From positions 15,701,480 to 15,765,479 of the forward strand of contig CM121342.1 in assembly GCA_051530055.1 (NCBI GenBank): 64,000 bases of DNA, given 5' to 3'. Source of the stretch: Neoechinorhynchus agilis. Its lineage: Eukaryota; Animalia; Acanthocephala. The notes under the pieces are model-generated. The model was not told the origin of the DNA and did not search any database. It worked only from the letters and a program-made list of their open reading frames with translations. Position numbers and translations under genes: made by a program. Numbering within the stretch: position 1 is the stretch's first letter; each line of letters starts with the position of its first letter. This document shows positions 34,714 to 52,740 of the stretch, piece after piece.

Positions 34714-35414
34714 CTCTAAATGCTTCGAAGCGATCCCTTCATTCTCCCGAAACCCTATATCCTTCCCGGAGCTTCTAGGTGATATCATACGAGTCGCCGC
34801 CCTAAGAATTACGGGTCTCCAATTTCAATCAAACTTGAAATGGGAATCGTACATCACTCTCTCTCAAGCCCAATACCTTTAAAATTTATCTCCTTAAATA
34901 CCTTCGACATTTAGGATTCCCTTCACCCGACCTCCATAAATTTTACTTCTGCTTTATTTTACCCTCCCTAACCTACGGTTATTCCGTATTTTGCAACCTA
35001 TCCAAATCCCAAATCCGCCGTCCTGAAATTCTTCATAAAAGGCATCTAAAATTTGTACAAGTGACTCTCCCCTTCTCACCGAATGCCTTGATACTATTTT
35101 CATAAAACAAACAAAACGCCTATCAACCCTACCATCACAATTTCTACCACATATCGCCCCCTTTTAACACGGGCACAACTTTCGTAATCCTAATTCGTTT
35201 CATCCTTCTATACCTCGCTCCTCCCTATATCTACGCTCCTTTTGCCATGTTGCCCAATCCTTTCGGATACCATAACCTGAAATGATTCTGAGGAAAGACA
35301 AACCTTACAAGCGCTCTTAAAAACAATATTCGCCAATTTCCACAAGAACGGACATAACAATACCTGATATTCCCACCCTAACAGACATCCTCGACCAGAG
35401 ATTTTAGATTATGA

Positions 35415-35776
35415 TTACAGAAACAATAGCGATTTGGCTTTTTTGATCAAATAGACAATCTTTATAATTAAAATATTCATTCCTATAAATCGACCGAAAA
35501 GGTGAAGCAGGGATCATAAAGCGATTGGAGGCCATAATCCGTAATATTGTGATTTAGAAGCATTGTTTGTAGCTTAACGCCTGGTAGCATCCTTACGCTT
35601 CGAAAATAAACCTTTTCGTTCACTCATGAGAGCACGATGACGTTCAATTATCTCAATGACACCAATGAACGCTTAAGTTTACTGTTTGTCGACTTTAATG
35701 TTCAAAAGCAAAATTCTAAATTCTATAAGCAAAATAGCAGATCAATTCAATTCCAAGGAATGCAAACGAAGTGAGT
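35415..35776 (+). repeat. Direct repeat copy 2 (about 360 bp)
   Basis: Highly similar to 34351-34713. Confidence 0.9.
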
Positions 35777-36199
35777 AGGGACGCTATTTTCGATGTTCTT
35801 GTAAATTCCACAAAAGGAAAGTGGTTATGAATGATTGTATGAAACATATTAGCCTCTTTCTTTCACGATGATCGGACTTGATGTTACTGATTTTTGTCGG
35901 TCACGTAAAAGAAGCAGCTCCGGTGGCCAGACAGCGAGCCCTTTGGCCCAGCTATTTCAGATAGAAGAGGACTACGAATCGGATCCTTGAATTGTAGGAG
36001 TCTGCGAGCACAATGGCGTAGGGGAACCCTGGCCAAATTGGCAAGGGAGGCCAGAATGGATCTTGTGTTTTTACAAGAATTGCGCATAAGAGGCCAGTCA
36101 GACACAGACGTAAATCAGGAGGATTTATGAGGAGGCTGGTCATTATCTTACCTATCTGCGGACAGTCGAGAAAACGGAGGTGTAGGCGTTTGTTTATCA

Positions 36200-38490
36200 C
36201 CCCGCCTCCGAAACTCAGCACTATGCTTTATTATAACTGACCGAATCCTTTGTGTCAGCATAAAGCTTCGGTCGAGAAATCTCTATGCTTTTGGCGTATA
36301 TTCACCGACCTCCTCGTCGGATGAAGAGGCGGTTGAAGGATTTTATGGAAACCTAGCCGAAGCATTAAATGATGTACCGAACAGCGACTCCCTCCTAATA
36401 GCCGGTGACTTCAGCGCAATTTTACCGCATTCCGAAAGATCGCTCGGCATGATCTCGTGTCTGCTAACACTTTATTCCGAAAGCGTCCGTGGCGTTTGGC
36501 AACGTTTATGGGTCAAAAGAATCCGCCCAAACATGCCATGGGAAAAAATCCCAAGAGACGCTTAGCTCAGCTTGACCATATATTGTTGAGACGTAGGGAA
36601 AAATGTCGGATCAAAAACGCTGACACATTCACAGTTGATGGGCTGCCAACCGACCACAAGTTGGTGATGTGTCAGTTGAGCATGAGTGACTCGTTGTTCC
36701 GTCATCCGTTCTATGGCGTCCTCGCTAATGAAAAGAAGAGGAAAGAGTTTGATATTGAACTAGAGAATCAACTGAGTTCGATGCCAGCTACTGAAACGGA
36801 TATTGATTTTTGTTACAAGTCGAACGCAGTGACCGAAGCGGCCGAGAAAACCCTGCCAAAAATTAGGACTATAAAGGCTGCAAAGGTTATATGGCAGGAG
36901 GACTGTGAATTTATGGCAATGGCTGAGCAGATCAAAACTCTAAGAAAAAGAGGAAAATGATCTGAGGCTCGCATTGTAAGTCTTAAACTTGCCAACCTCT
37001 ATAATGAAAAGCAAAAGGCTTCGATAGAGGATGCAGTTCGCGGGATCGCATATAAGGAAGGTTTTGTTCGTACCTCCTTAGCATGGAGAGCGATAAACAC
37101 TCTCACAGGAAGATCCCAAAGACAGCCAACTTTGATTGAAGGTCCCCCCCGGAAATCAGAAAAAAGAGAATCGCAAATTATTTTGCGGAAATTCCCAATT
37201 CGCCATTATCGTCTTTGGAAGTGAGTCCTGCACTTAAAAAAAAGCACAAGCGTCCCAAGCACTGAGGCATACTTCACTGGACCGATTTCCGTGAAGGAAG
37301 CGATCGCTGCGGCGAAAATGATGCATGCGGGACGTGCATCAGGCCCAGATGGGATAATGGCAGAGGTACTGAGGTTTGAATCTATTGCCAGATTAATCAT
37401 ACCGATAATGAATGGCATAATGAATGGTGACTCAGTACCTCAAATCTGGCAAACGGCGCATTTAACAATGATCCCGATGTGACGCTGGTATTTGTTGATT
37501 TCCGTCGAGCTTTCGATTCGGCAAATCGAACGATGATTGGCGGTATCTTAAAGGAGTATAGAGTGCCGCCGATCATTGTCACATCCGTTATGGCATTATA
37601 TAAAAATACAAGGTCCGCCGTAAAGACAGCTGACGGTTTGACATAATACTTTTCCACCACTTCAGGTGTTCTGCAGGGCGACACATTGGCTCCTTTCCTC
37701 TTCATCTTGGTGCTTGATTGGGTAATGCGATGGGCACTACCGAATGATGAAGATGGACTTCTTCTGTTGAGGAAAAGAGGTCGCAGGTATTCTGAGATAC
37801 GCGCCTCCTACATGGCATATGCCGACGACATCGTATTGATGTCCTCAACAGTTGAAGGAGCTCGACGCATGCTAAATAGACTGTGCGAGAGGGCGAGTAT
37901 GATTGGTCTGACCATCAACTCGAAAAAGACGGAATTCTTGACGACTCCGCATGTCGCGCATACAGTCTCTGGCGAAGGGCCGAATGGCGTTGGGCAATTA
38001 AAACAGATAGAGCGGTATGTCTATCTGGGAGATGTCGTTCCTGAGGTGAGTGCGGATGTCAGCCGACGGCGAGCTATAGCTTGGAGAGCAATGGGGCAAC
38101 TTAAACCACTGTTTGACAGTGAGTCTTTGCCAGATGAACTCCGTTCGCAGCTGTTCAGGGCTCTAATTGAGAGCATTCTCTATTACAATGCAGAGATCTG
38201 GACACTGTCACCAGCGGCGACGAGGCAGTTGGATAAAAATCATTCATCTCTCTTACGTGCGGCGTTCTAGGTCAGATGGTCAGATAAAGTGACCAACAAA
38301 GCACTGTATAAGAGAGCCGGAGTCCAACCGCCCAGTGAATATTTGCGCCGCAGACGACTGCAGTTCACGGGCAATATAATTCGGTCCGAGGCATCTTCCC
38401 ACAGGTCGTGCAACAGTTCCTTTTCTGGAAGCCAACGACATTGTATCGTAAAGGCAAAGGGAACTGTCGTACATACGATGACCTGATTTT
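36200..38490 (+). mobile_element. Decayed APE-type non-LTR retrotransposon (RTE-like)
   Basis: APE remnants (LIAGDF, LDHIL, TDHKLV); RT motifs ASGPDGI, VDFRRAFDS, GVLQGDTLAPFLF, YADD, YVYLG; frameshifts and stops. Confidence 0.88.
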
Positions 38491-38880
38491 AAGAGACGCG
38501 AATTGCCCGCATAACAGGGCTGCTGTCGTGTATTTTAGATCCCTTGCGGAGTCTAATTCTATTTGACGGGCTTATACCCACGGTGCAACGTAGAATAGTA
38601 CCGTTGCATACAATACAATACAGCCTTGCGAACTTTCTTATTATAATCGCTATTTTCTTGATTCAAGTATTCATTGATCTGCCGAAATTAACGCCACCAC
38701 AAGTCGGAATCTAAAACACATCACATCAACAACCTGTTAGAAGTTTTTAAGAAAACAATTTCGATATTATTTAAACCTGTTGACAAACAAAGTTGAGTTT
38801 CGCAAGAGTATTTTACTACGCGATACTGTATAGTTCGTCGACAAGTCTCATAGCGATTTCGGCGATAGAACTAAAACGCA

Positions 38881-44190
<5,310 letters not shown>

Positions 44191-44864
44191 ACACATTTTG
44201 TGTCTCTGCAGTGGGTAATACTGGAAGGAGCAAGCATAATTGAATTTTCTTGAATCAATTGTGCATATTTTTCGAGAAATTCTAACATTCGGCGTCGCTC
44301 AATAAAAATTTAGAACATCTTAAATTCCGAAGCAATTATTTCCTGTATAGCGAAATGAAGCGTGAAGTTCTAGCAGCACCTTTAACTGCCGATTTCCAAG
44401 TAGAGTTTGCGTCCGGGGTTGGGATACAGAATACCTCGATGGGTCCCAAAAATAGCTACTTTATTAGATGGTAAATAGCTTGAATATATTTTATTTAGGA
44501 CTATTTTTACTGTTAAATGTCGTTTATGTCAGTCCTACATCGATATCAACTTTAATATATACTCTTTAGGGCTAGTTTATGTTTTATTTTTGATAGCACG
44601 TATACCATTTTTTATAATTACTCTTGCATTGGCTTTATATAACCTTCTACTTCGGCGAAACAAATTGTATTAGTGGGATTTGTCTTTGTTTTAATTTTAA
44701 TTAACTTTTCCGGAATTTTTGAGTAGGACCTGTCAAGCTATGTATATGTGTCTTATATTATGTATTAGTACTATTTTCTTGGGTTTTCATTAGTAGTTCA
44801 ATTTTTTATAGTTGTTTTAGTAGTTTGATTAAGAACACAAGGTTTTTCATAAAAAAAAGTTTGC

Positions 44865-45185
44865 AAACTCAGCGCCACCACTCTGGATCACTCAGCTGCC
44901 GTGCTAATGTATTGTTCGAAAGGACCGAGCAGCGGTTGCTGCCTATGGCCGGTTTAACAATGGCCAATTTTTATGTTACGCGGAAGGCTGAGAAAGCGAT
45001 GGAAAGATTGTGTGGCTGAGGACCGACGTTTGAGAGAGAAACGGGGCGAAGGGGCATGTGAAGTCTTAGGACTGCAAGTATTTGTGCGACCCCGAGAAGG
45101 GAAAAGCATGAAGAAAGTTGTTGTTGCGTATTCCAAACGAAATTTCGTGAATGTGATTCTAGGAATCCGTTCGCATGCTGCGATG
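44865..45185 (-). mobile_element. 3' fragment of CRE-like non-LTR element (inverted relative to the 60150-60830 copy)
   Basis: ccaccactctggatcactcagctgccg is the reverse complement of 60796-60823. Confidence 0.7.
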
Positions 45186-45254
45186 TAATATTTTTGTTAC
45201 TAAAAGAATTGATATATTTTCTACTTTGTAAAGAAGTGTTATATTTTGTTTGGT

Positions 45255-45375
45255 GATATAGAGATTGATTTATTATTTGCCTTTTAAAATATTTCGTCCG
45301 TCGGATTTCTTCAGGTTGCTTGAAAGTGAGACGGACGAAATATTGTAAAGGGTAAATAATAGATCAATATCTAAA
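45255..45375. repeat. Palindromic hairpin repeat
   Basis: aatatttcgtccgtc / gacggacgaaatatt inverted arms. Confidence 0.7.
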
Positions 45376-45751
45376 GAAGAACAAAATATTTTCCATTTTG
45401 CCTCTGATTTTACGATGTGGTTAATAAAAAGCATTAAACCATTATCGGTCATTTTTATTTCTCTATCTGAAATGCTGACGTTTTAATCTTAACTATAGAA
45501 CAGTAAAGACCTCTGCCACTACTTCGAGAGCATCGATTAAACGGTGATATTTTTCGTGGAGCAGAAACAAACTTAGCGTTGTTCACTCGGGACAAAAATC
45601 TGAAGTGAAACCTCGGATAAAATCAAAAAACCAGTTAGCGTGTTAAACCTTGGCCTATTCGTTCAAAAAATCGATCACTTGCGTAAAGCAAAAGGAAATC
45701 AACGACGGTGTTAATTTTTTTAGAATATCTGCTATTTCGCATGGCCAAACA

Positions 45752-46543
45752 TCATTTCGATTCACTTTCTTCGCTTGTATTGCCGGTAATAATGGCTTGA
45801 CAATCGCTCAGTTCATCGCCGGTTTCTCGGCTCTGTTGTTGCTGTTGAGTGTAGATACCGTTTGGAGCCTTCGATTGGCCCGGTTTCCCTCTACAAGAAC
45901 TGAGAGCGGTCATGTGCGGTCTATACTCGATACTGAGAGTGCTGGGTATATTAAGAATGCGCATAAAACTGGACTTTATCTTATTTCTCATGGCTTCTTG
46001 TTCAGCGTCGTTGCCTTTTCCACCACGGCACCAAACACTGATGATGTCATCATGGGGTTTAGGACTGAACGCAACCCCACATATTTGAGTGCAACAGAGC
46101 GTGAGTTGTTCGCCCACTAAAGCGAGGAGCAAAAGTTCCCATAGTCGCCCACTGTTCCTTTTGGCCATGTGAACAGCCAATCGGCCACCGTCTCTATTAG
46201 CTTCATCTTCCCACATTGGACGAATTCCGTCCTTAAATACAAACAAATCACTAAGTTCACTAAGATGCTCGGTGTTCTTCATATGAACATACATCGCCCA
46301 AAACTGTTCGATTGTCTCAAATCGGCAGATCATTCGAATTTGTTCGGCGTACGAGAGGGCGCATTGAACTCGGCCGCCCTTTCGTCTGGGACAAATCCAG
46401 ACTGCATAACGGTGCTCAAGAGGCAGCTGAGGAGCTTCGTCCGTAACCCGTGATGTTAACTTGATTAATGGTACCGGTTCTTGGGTACTAGAGTCCTGAT
46501 CGATGGAGTTTCCTATCAGTTCCGTCGATGACTGAGACGACAT
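45752..46543 (-). CDS. EIF4E2: Class II eIF4E (4EHP/eIF4E2), intronless
   Basis: LPLEHRYAVW, SYAEQI, ETIEQFWAMYVH, LFVFKDGIRPMWEDEANRDGG, LWELLLLALVGEQ; Tyr at the class II diagnostic positions. Confidence 0.88.
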   Translation of the reverse strand: MSSQSSTELIGNSIDQDSSTQEPVPLIKLTSRVTDEAPQLPLEHRYAVWICPRRKGGRVQCALSYAEQIRMICRFETIEQFWAMYVHMKNTEHLSELSDLFVFKDGIRPMWEDEANRDGGRLAVHMAKRNSGRLWELLLLALVGEQLTLCCTQICGVAFSPKPHDDIISVWCRGGKGNDAEQEAMRNKIKSSFMRILNIPSTLSIEYRPHMTALSSCRGKPGQSKAPNGIYTQQQQQSRETGDELSDCQAIITGNTSEESESK

Positions 46544-46897
46544 AGGCGTATATCTGAATCGATCGAAAAAAAGAGGAAAAGGCGCGGCGAATAAAGACTG
46601 ATTCTTTCAGAAGAACGGTGCCAGTTGCGTCTACAGGTTCAGCGAGGAAGTGGAAGCTTTTGGAAGACAATCGGAGCGGAAATTCTTTAGGAATATTTAC
46701 TAGCTTGGTGTAGTACCGTTGCAAAACGATCCACTCAATGATGAGCGATAAATCGGTGCGACGAGACGCAAATGGTGTGAGCTAGAAAAGCACCTTAATT
46801 ATAAAAAGGATTTGAACATTCGCTATTAAAGCGTTGAGAACTAGAAAAAACACAAGCAACCTGATGATTTAATCTCAATTTCCATCCATAGCGAAAA

Positions 46898-47389
46898 ATG
46901 AACAGTTCAATCTTCGAACAGTTAAATGATTCTTTTAGATCGATGACGTCGTGTTTCGTCGAAAATACTTCGGGGTGGTTTAAATGTTCGAGAGAGGAAA
47001 CTGGTAAAAACTTCAACGAAAAATATCTAAATAGTAAGATCCCAAGTCGGATGGATTCGTGTTTTTCGCAAATCGATTTGACATATCATTCTCTTTTTGT
47101 CTGTCTTGGAAGCACGCACTCGATGTTCAACTTGTGCCGATTTCCGGCATCGCCGTGTAGGTCAAAGGTCATAAGAAAAAATGGCTTCTCCGAAAGCGGG
47201 GATAATTACCTAAGCAACGGAAGGATACTAACTGCGTCCAAGTGGTTCAACGTCACTTTTAAATCCACCAAATCGTCGTCTTTCTACAATATCGCAAGCT
47301 GCAATCTTAACGAATCAATCACAGATTTGACGTCACGCTTATCAACAGACTTTGGAAAATGGAAAACTTCTCACGGTCGCGTCTACTGA
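46898..47389 (+). CDS. Hypothetical orphan ORF (163 aa)
   Basis: ATG-initiated ORF with no recognisable motif. Confidence 0.25.
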   Translation: MNSSIFEQLNDSFRSMTSCFVENTSGWFKCSREETGKNFNEKYLNSKIPSRMDSCFSQIDLTYHSLFVCLGSTHSMFNLCRFPASPCRSKVIRKNGFSESGDNYLSNGRILTASKWFNVTFKSTKSSSFYNIASCNLNESITDLTSRLSTDFGKWKTSHGRVY

Positions 47390-47482
47390 ACGATCAAACG
47401 AACCACAGAGGGCCTAGAAGTACACAGCATGCGTGTAAAAATCGAGTTTGTAAAAGTCAACTAATTTTATTTGATGGGTTTT

Positions 47483-47700
47483 GAACATACTCCCGGTTCA
47501 AGATACCTTTATTATTAGATAATATTTCGAAAGAGGAAACCTAATCAGTCAACTAACGAACTCGCACTGCGAAATACAGCTTTATAACTTTCACTTTTAT
47601 CTCGAAACAATTCACAATAACCAGGACGAGGCGAATTTTCCTCTTTCGAAATATTCCACAATAATAAAGGAATCTTTAACCGGGATAATAATAGCACGTT
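47483..47700. mobile_element. Palindromic MITE (family D)
   Basis: cccggttcaagat..aatatttcgaaagaggaaa / tttcctctttcgaaatatt..taaccggg; copies at about 51298-51425 and partial at about 22335-22375. Confidence 0.75.
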
Positions 47701-48264
47701 TTATTTTGATAAAGAGGAGGAACCATGTATCTCTGGTAGTCGTGATCACCTGAATTTGGAGTGGACAACGGATCAGGAATTTGGATAACGGATCCGAAAT
47801 GTGGATGACGGTCGACGACGAGAGAGAGAAACGACAACGGATTATGTTTGAAAACCATGTAATATCTACCATCGTAAAGGATCTTCTTGATATGATTAAT
47901 TTTATTATTTGGGTTGTTTGTCAACAACCGAGGCAAATTGCTAAAGTCAAGTTGTTCATTTTCGACCAAAATAATAACCTATCTAAATACCCGAATGCAA
48001 TACTCAACATAATAAATTTATCTACTTTATGACACCTTTTTGAATATGGCGCGGCGGGAGGGTGCAGATGACCGAACGATTTAGAACCATTGTGCTTTAA
48101 GGCGATTCAATTCCAAACTGACCACTTTCTTTAAAGGTATTCCACATGTATCGGCGTTAGATAATCTAAAAGGATTTTTTTAAATAGGTCCGATCGACAA
48201 TCGCGATCCTCACTCTTGTTTAAAAGTTTGTTTACTAAACATCACAAAAAAGATTTTATAAACA

Positions 48265-48410
48265 TTCACACCACCGCTCTGGAACATTCAGCTGCCGTCT
48301 TGGTCGAAAGGGCGGATGTAGCGTTCTACCGTCGATCCGAGGGCAGGAGCATTTCTCCGTTTGAGTATCTTTGACAATTGTTGCACCAGGTCCCGCGCCG
48401 CGTGTCTCGT
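48265..48410 (-). mobile_element. Short fragment of CRE-like non-LTR element
   Basis: caccaccgctctgga..tcagctgccg matches the end of the 60150-60830 element in inverse orientation. Confidence 0.6.
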
Positions 48411-48786
48411 CCCCAAAGAGAACGTAATAATGATTTCGACCTTGGTCATTGTATTTTATTCTTTTGTTTTTAACAAAACATATATTTTTTTGAGATAAAC
48501 ATCGATCGGAGCATTTCCGTGCGATGCAATCGATAATGGTTTTTCCTTGGGAAACGTACTTATCCGTAATGACTTCGAAAGATTGACGTGTTTAGTGAAC
48601 GTATTCTAAACTCATGTGTAAAATCATATGAGCACCGCACACAAAGAACTGCGTTCAAAAGGCATTCTGTCTCATGATAACCGTTTGCTTTTGCGCGCCT
48701 TCAAACTCTGTTTTAGGAGAAAATCAACCGTTCAACACAAATCATTGATATATTTTAGTATGTGTGTGTGCGCGGTCGTGGCATAA

Positions 48787-50802
48787 TCAAGCCCTTCGAT
48801 AACGACTATCGTCTCTGTTTCCTCCATTCTTGTCTTGCTCACTTTTCTGTCGTCTCCTAGGGGACGATTCATGATTTTTATCATCAGTTCGACTGCGGGA
48901 CGATTCATAGTCCGATCGCTTCGAACGTCTTGGTCGTTTTTCGGCACTTCTATCTTGACTTGAAGAAGTGCGTCGACGGTGTTCATTTGATGACGACCTG
49001 GATCTACGGCGCTTACCGTGATTATCGTCACGCCGCGATCTTCGACCGGGAGATGAGTACCGTGGATATCTTGCTGGTGGAGATCTAAATCAATTATGGA
49101 CCAGAGGACGAAAATTACATACGCAAAGCAAATAAACCTTCTATGGTCACGCTGACGAGAAGCTCGTGATGAATTATGCAACCGTTTATCACTTATATCA
49201 TTCAAGGTCTTTCTAAGATCACTGACAATAGCACTCATTCGTTCGTCCTTATGCGGACTTTTTGCTATCAAACTAATTGCTTGATTGATAGTATCGATTG
49301 CGTTCTGATACTCTCTGCGTTCAACATGGCCGTCGGCGCGTTTCTTGGCACTCTTAGCCAAAGCCATATTTCGTTCATAGCTGGCATCGTCACGGTTAGA
49401 ATGCTGGGGCACTGAGTTTAAGCTTGGTTTATTCAAAGCTGGTCTGATCACACTGAGCGCATTTGTGAGAAGTTCATTTGCTTGTTGCGTCTGAGGTCGA
49501 AGAGCGGCAGCCAGGGCTGCGATTGATAATGGAGACGGATTCGGTATTGGTGGAGTGTGGCGGAATCGGTTGGAGCCTAACACAAAGTTGTAGTTCTGAA
49601 CTAGACAGGGTGAGCACTTACTGGTTGACGGTGAACTGAAAGAGGGAGGACTATAAACCGAAGATCGAGATTGAAAGGGCGGTCTTGTTTGGGATGATGA
49701 CGCGCCAATAGTCGGATCAAGTTGATTCAACGAATGTCGATTTGCTGGTGTCACATGAGGTTTTTGACCATTAAGTTCGATTGAAGGAAGTGAGCTGAGA
49801 AGTTTTCGGTACGATTCATCGGTTTCGACGGTCACACTTGCAATGCTGCAAAGGGGGGGAGGTTAAAAAGTGCGGATGTGATCTATATTTTGGCATGTGT
49901 TCGAGCATATATTGATTCAGAACGATTTAAGAACTGATGCTTTATTGTTGTTTAAGTCGATTATCGACACCCGAGTTAGATAGCGTTAAAGAGACGAATA
50001 TATTCTGACTGATTGGATCAGAGTCATTTTATCAATTCAATTGCTTGAATGTTCTATTCGCAACGATTGAATTGATAAAATGATTTTGATTTAATCAATC
50101 GAAATATATACATTCGTCTTTAATGCGATCTCTTTCGGGTGTCGAAAAGCGACCAAAATAACAACATATCTGACCACACTTGAATGCAATCCTCAACAAA
50201 ATCGAAATGCACACTATAAATTCCAAACTTTTTTCGCCGAGCACACATTTACATACCCTTTTGACTGTCCGTTCGTCCTATTCTCGAAGAATTTGATATC
50301 AACCACGTCCTTGACTCCAATAGACTCACAAGCCTTCATGAGTTCAGTGTCCTTTGTCCACTACAAACGCGCTACTTCACTCATACAAGATATTCGCATA
50401 CACACAAAAGCCGCAACCACCCAGTCTTTTCTCATTAAAAACAATCATATTACATACCCAAGTAAGGTTTCCCACATAGACGGACACTGCATGTTGCTTG
50501 TTGTTGGCCAATTGGCTGGACGATAGTGGTGTTGTTTCTATTGGAGACAATTGGCTTAATCGTCCCGATGGTGATTGATATGACGGAGACAATTTGGTCG
50601 TCTGAACGACGGCAACTGTCCGTTGTTGATTTTGAACAGGTAAACTTTCATTGTCAATTGGAGCCACTTGATTGGACGACTGCTCATCGACTTGGTCCGG
50701 CTAAATGTAAACATGAGCGTTACACGTATTAGCAGCATAAAATATAACCTGAGTAAATGTGTCCACAATATCAGCGTAAATGTCTATCTCAGGATTCGAC
50801 AT
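48787..50802 (-). CDS. CPSF6: Cleavage and polyadenylation factor CFIm 68-kDa subunit (RRM, Pro-rich region, RS domain)
   Basis: IDIYAD N-terminus, VYVGNLTW|WTKD, KFFENRTNGQSKG, ELNGQKPHVTP, SYERNMA..AIDTINQAISLI, RS-rich tail after a GT-AG intron. Confidence 0.88.
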
Positions 50803-51034
50803 CTATAACGAACAAATGATTTTTATAGAAGTGCGCTTGCAATCACCAGAATCTACAAATAGTTAAGAAAGTTCGATAAAATCTTCGAGTTTTAAATATT
50901 ACGAAAGTCTCGCTTGGGAATGAATCGACTGAACAAACTACTAAAATTTCCTTCAAGGATATAAAAAAGACGAATCGAACTAAAGTTTGTTGATGTGCAA
51001 ATATTGTCCAATCAAATTTGTTGTTGTCCTAGAT

Positions 51035-51280
51035 TATTATCTTCGGGGGAAAAGATACTTTCCTTAGTTTTACCACCCCTCCGGATTCAAAAATTTACCA
51101 ATTTATTTCCCCTTGCTTGTAAGTTTTGAAATATGTAAGCTTGTGTATTTCAAAACTTACAAGCAATGCCAAACCTTGATAGGAAATGATGGAATTATCA
51201 GAAACGTGAAATATCGGGGAAATAAATTGGTGAATTGAAATCCCCGGGGTGGCAAAACTACCCAAAGAAAGGAAATTTAT
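51035..51280. mobile_element. Palindromic MITE (family A, second copy)
   Basis: Homologous to 10921-11190. Confidence 0.78.
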
Positions 51281-52740
51281 TGTATTGAATGGTTTTTGAA
51301 CATAATCCCGGTTCAAGATTCGTTTATTGTAATGAAATATTTCGAAAGAGGAAACCTTGCGCAATGACTGATGAGGTGAGGTTTCCTCTTTCAAAATATT
51401 TCATAACAACGAAGGAATCTTTTTTCGGTTTATTTTTCATAAATAATAAAGTATAAAACGTGCAATCAACACCGTCAGCAAAATCTTAGATTCTCTCCTT
51501 CCTCGGCTGTCGCTATCACGCTAGCAGTATTGCGTCACTGTACGGCGAACCGGAATTATGTTCAAAAACCATTCAATATTTACCATCCCGAAGGATCTTC
51601 TCGATATAATTTTAAATAATTGAATTTTCACTCATTTCAATATAGTAGGGAAAAAACAATCAACAACAAGGATTCCGCGAAAATATCCACTACTGAAGGC
51701 GCACGCGAAAATGTGTCGTCATCACTAAGTAGCTTTCTTCCAGATAAAACTTTACACCCAATTCCTGTCATTCGAGATTTTCGATGTTTTAAAAATGCGC
51801 TGTTTTTGGCAAAAGTGTCAATGATGTCGCTTGTAAATGTTTTCACCACGTCTTTGGTTGCTTTCTCCACATTATCAATTGGAAAATATTGGGAAATGGT
51901 CCATTTAAATTTAAGGTCATAAAGCTGGATAGTGTTCAATTATCCCTTAAAGTATCTTTTTTGTTGTTGCGGAAATCCTATATGTCAGACTGTGGATTAA
52001 AGTAACTCGCCGCCACTGTTAGTATCTTAGCCAAAATGCGGCGGAAACGCGTTCCTGGGAAATGCTGAAAGAAAGCGGCTCATTATAATTAATCATCTTT
52101 CGCCTCCGAAATTAAACCGTCATTTCTTCGGTTGAGATTTATATTGGTGCAGTGTAGTATGAACATGCGTAGTTAATTCTAACCAATTTGCCATTCTTAG
52201 AAGCTTATGAAAATAAAGCCAAAATGGCATAAAAATTTTAGATTCTTAATAGTAAGATTTTATTGGCCATTTGATCTCTTTTAGATAAGAACTGATTTTT
52301 GCGAATTATTGCAACTCTGAAGCCTAGAATTGGGCAATAAAAGTATGGAATACTACCTTCTATACATATGGACCTTAAAATTCAACTTTTCCTTTCAACA
52401 ATTTCCACTTTTGAAACATTTTAACTTCCTTTTGTTTCGCCACAAAGCAGACAGCGGTGCCATAGGTTCGTTTATTTAAATTGCGGCACAACTTTTTGCT
52501 ATGAATGTCATGCATCAATGATTGCGTCTCTAGTTGCTGGAGTTAAATGATCTTTGAGTGAACTCGGTTAATACGAAGATTCGATATCTCACTTCGAGAA
52601 CTCATCTTTCATTGCACGCGATTGCATATCCTGTAATTTTTCCATTGAAAACCAAATCCGCTTTGTTTTCCTCGTCGATACACGCATTCCCGATTCGGTC
52701 ATTTTGATTTCTTTTGTTTCATACCCATTTCCGAACCAAA

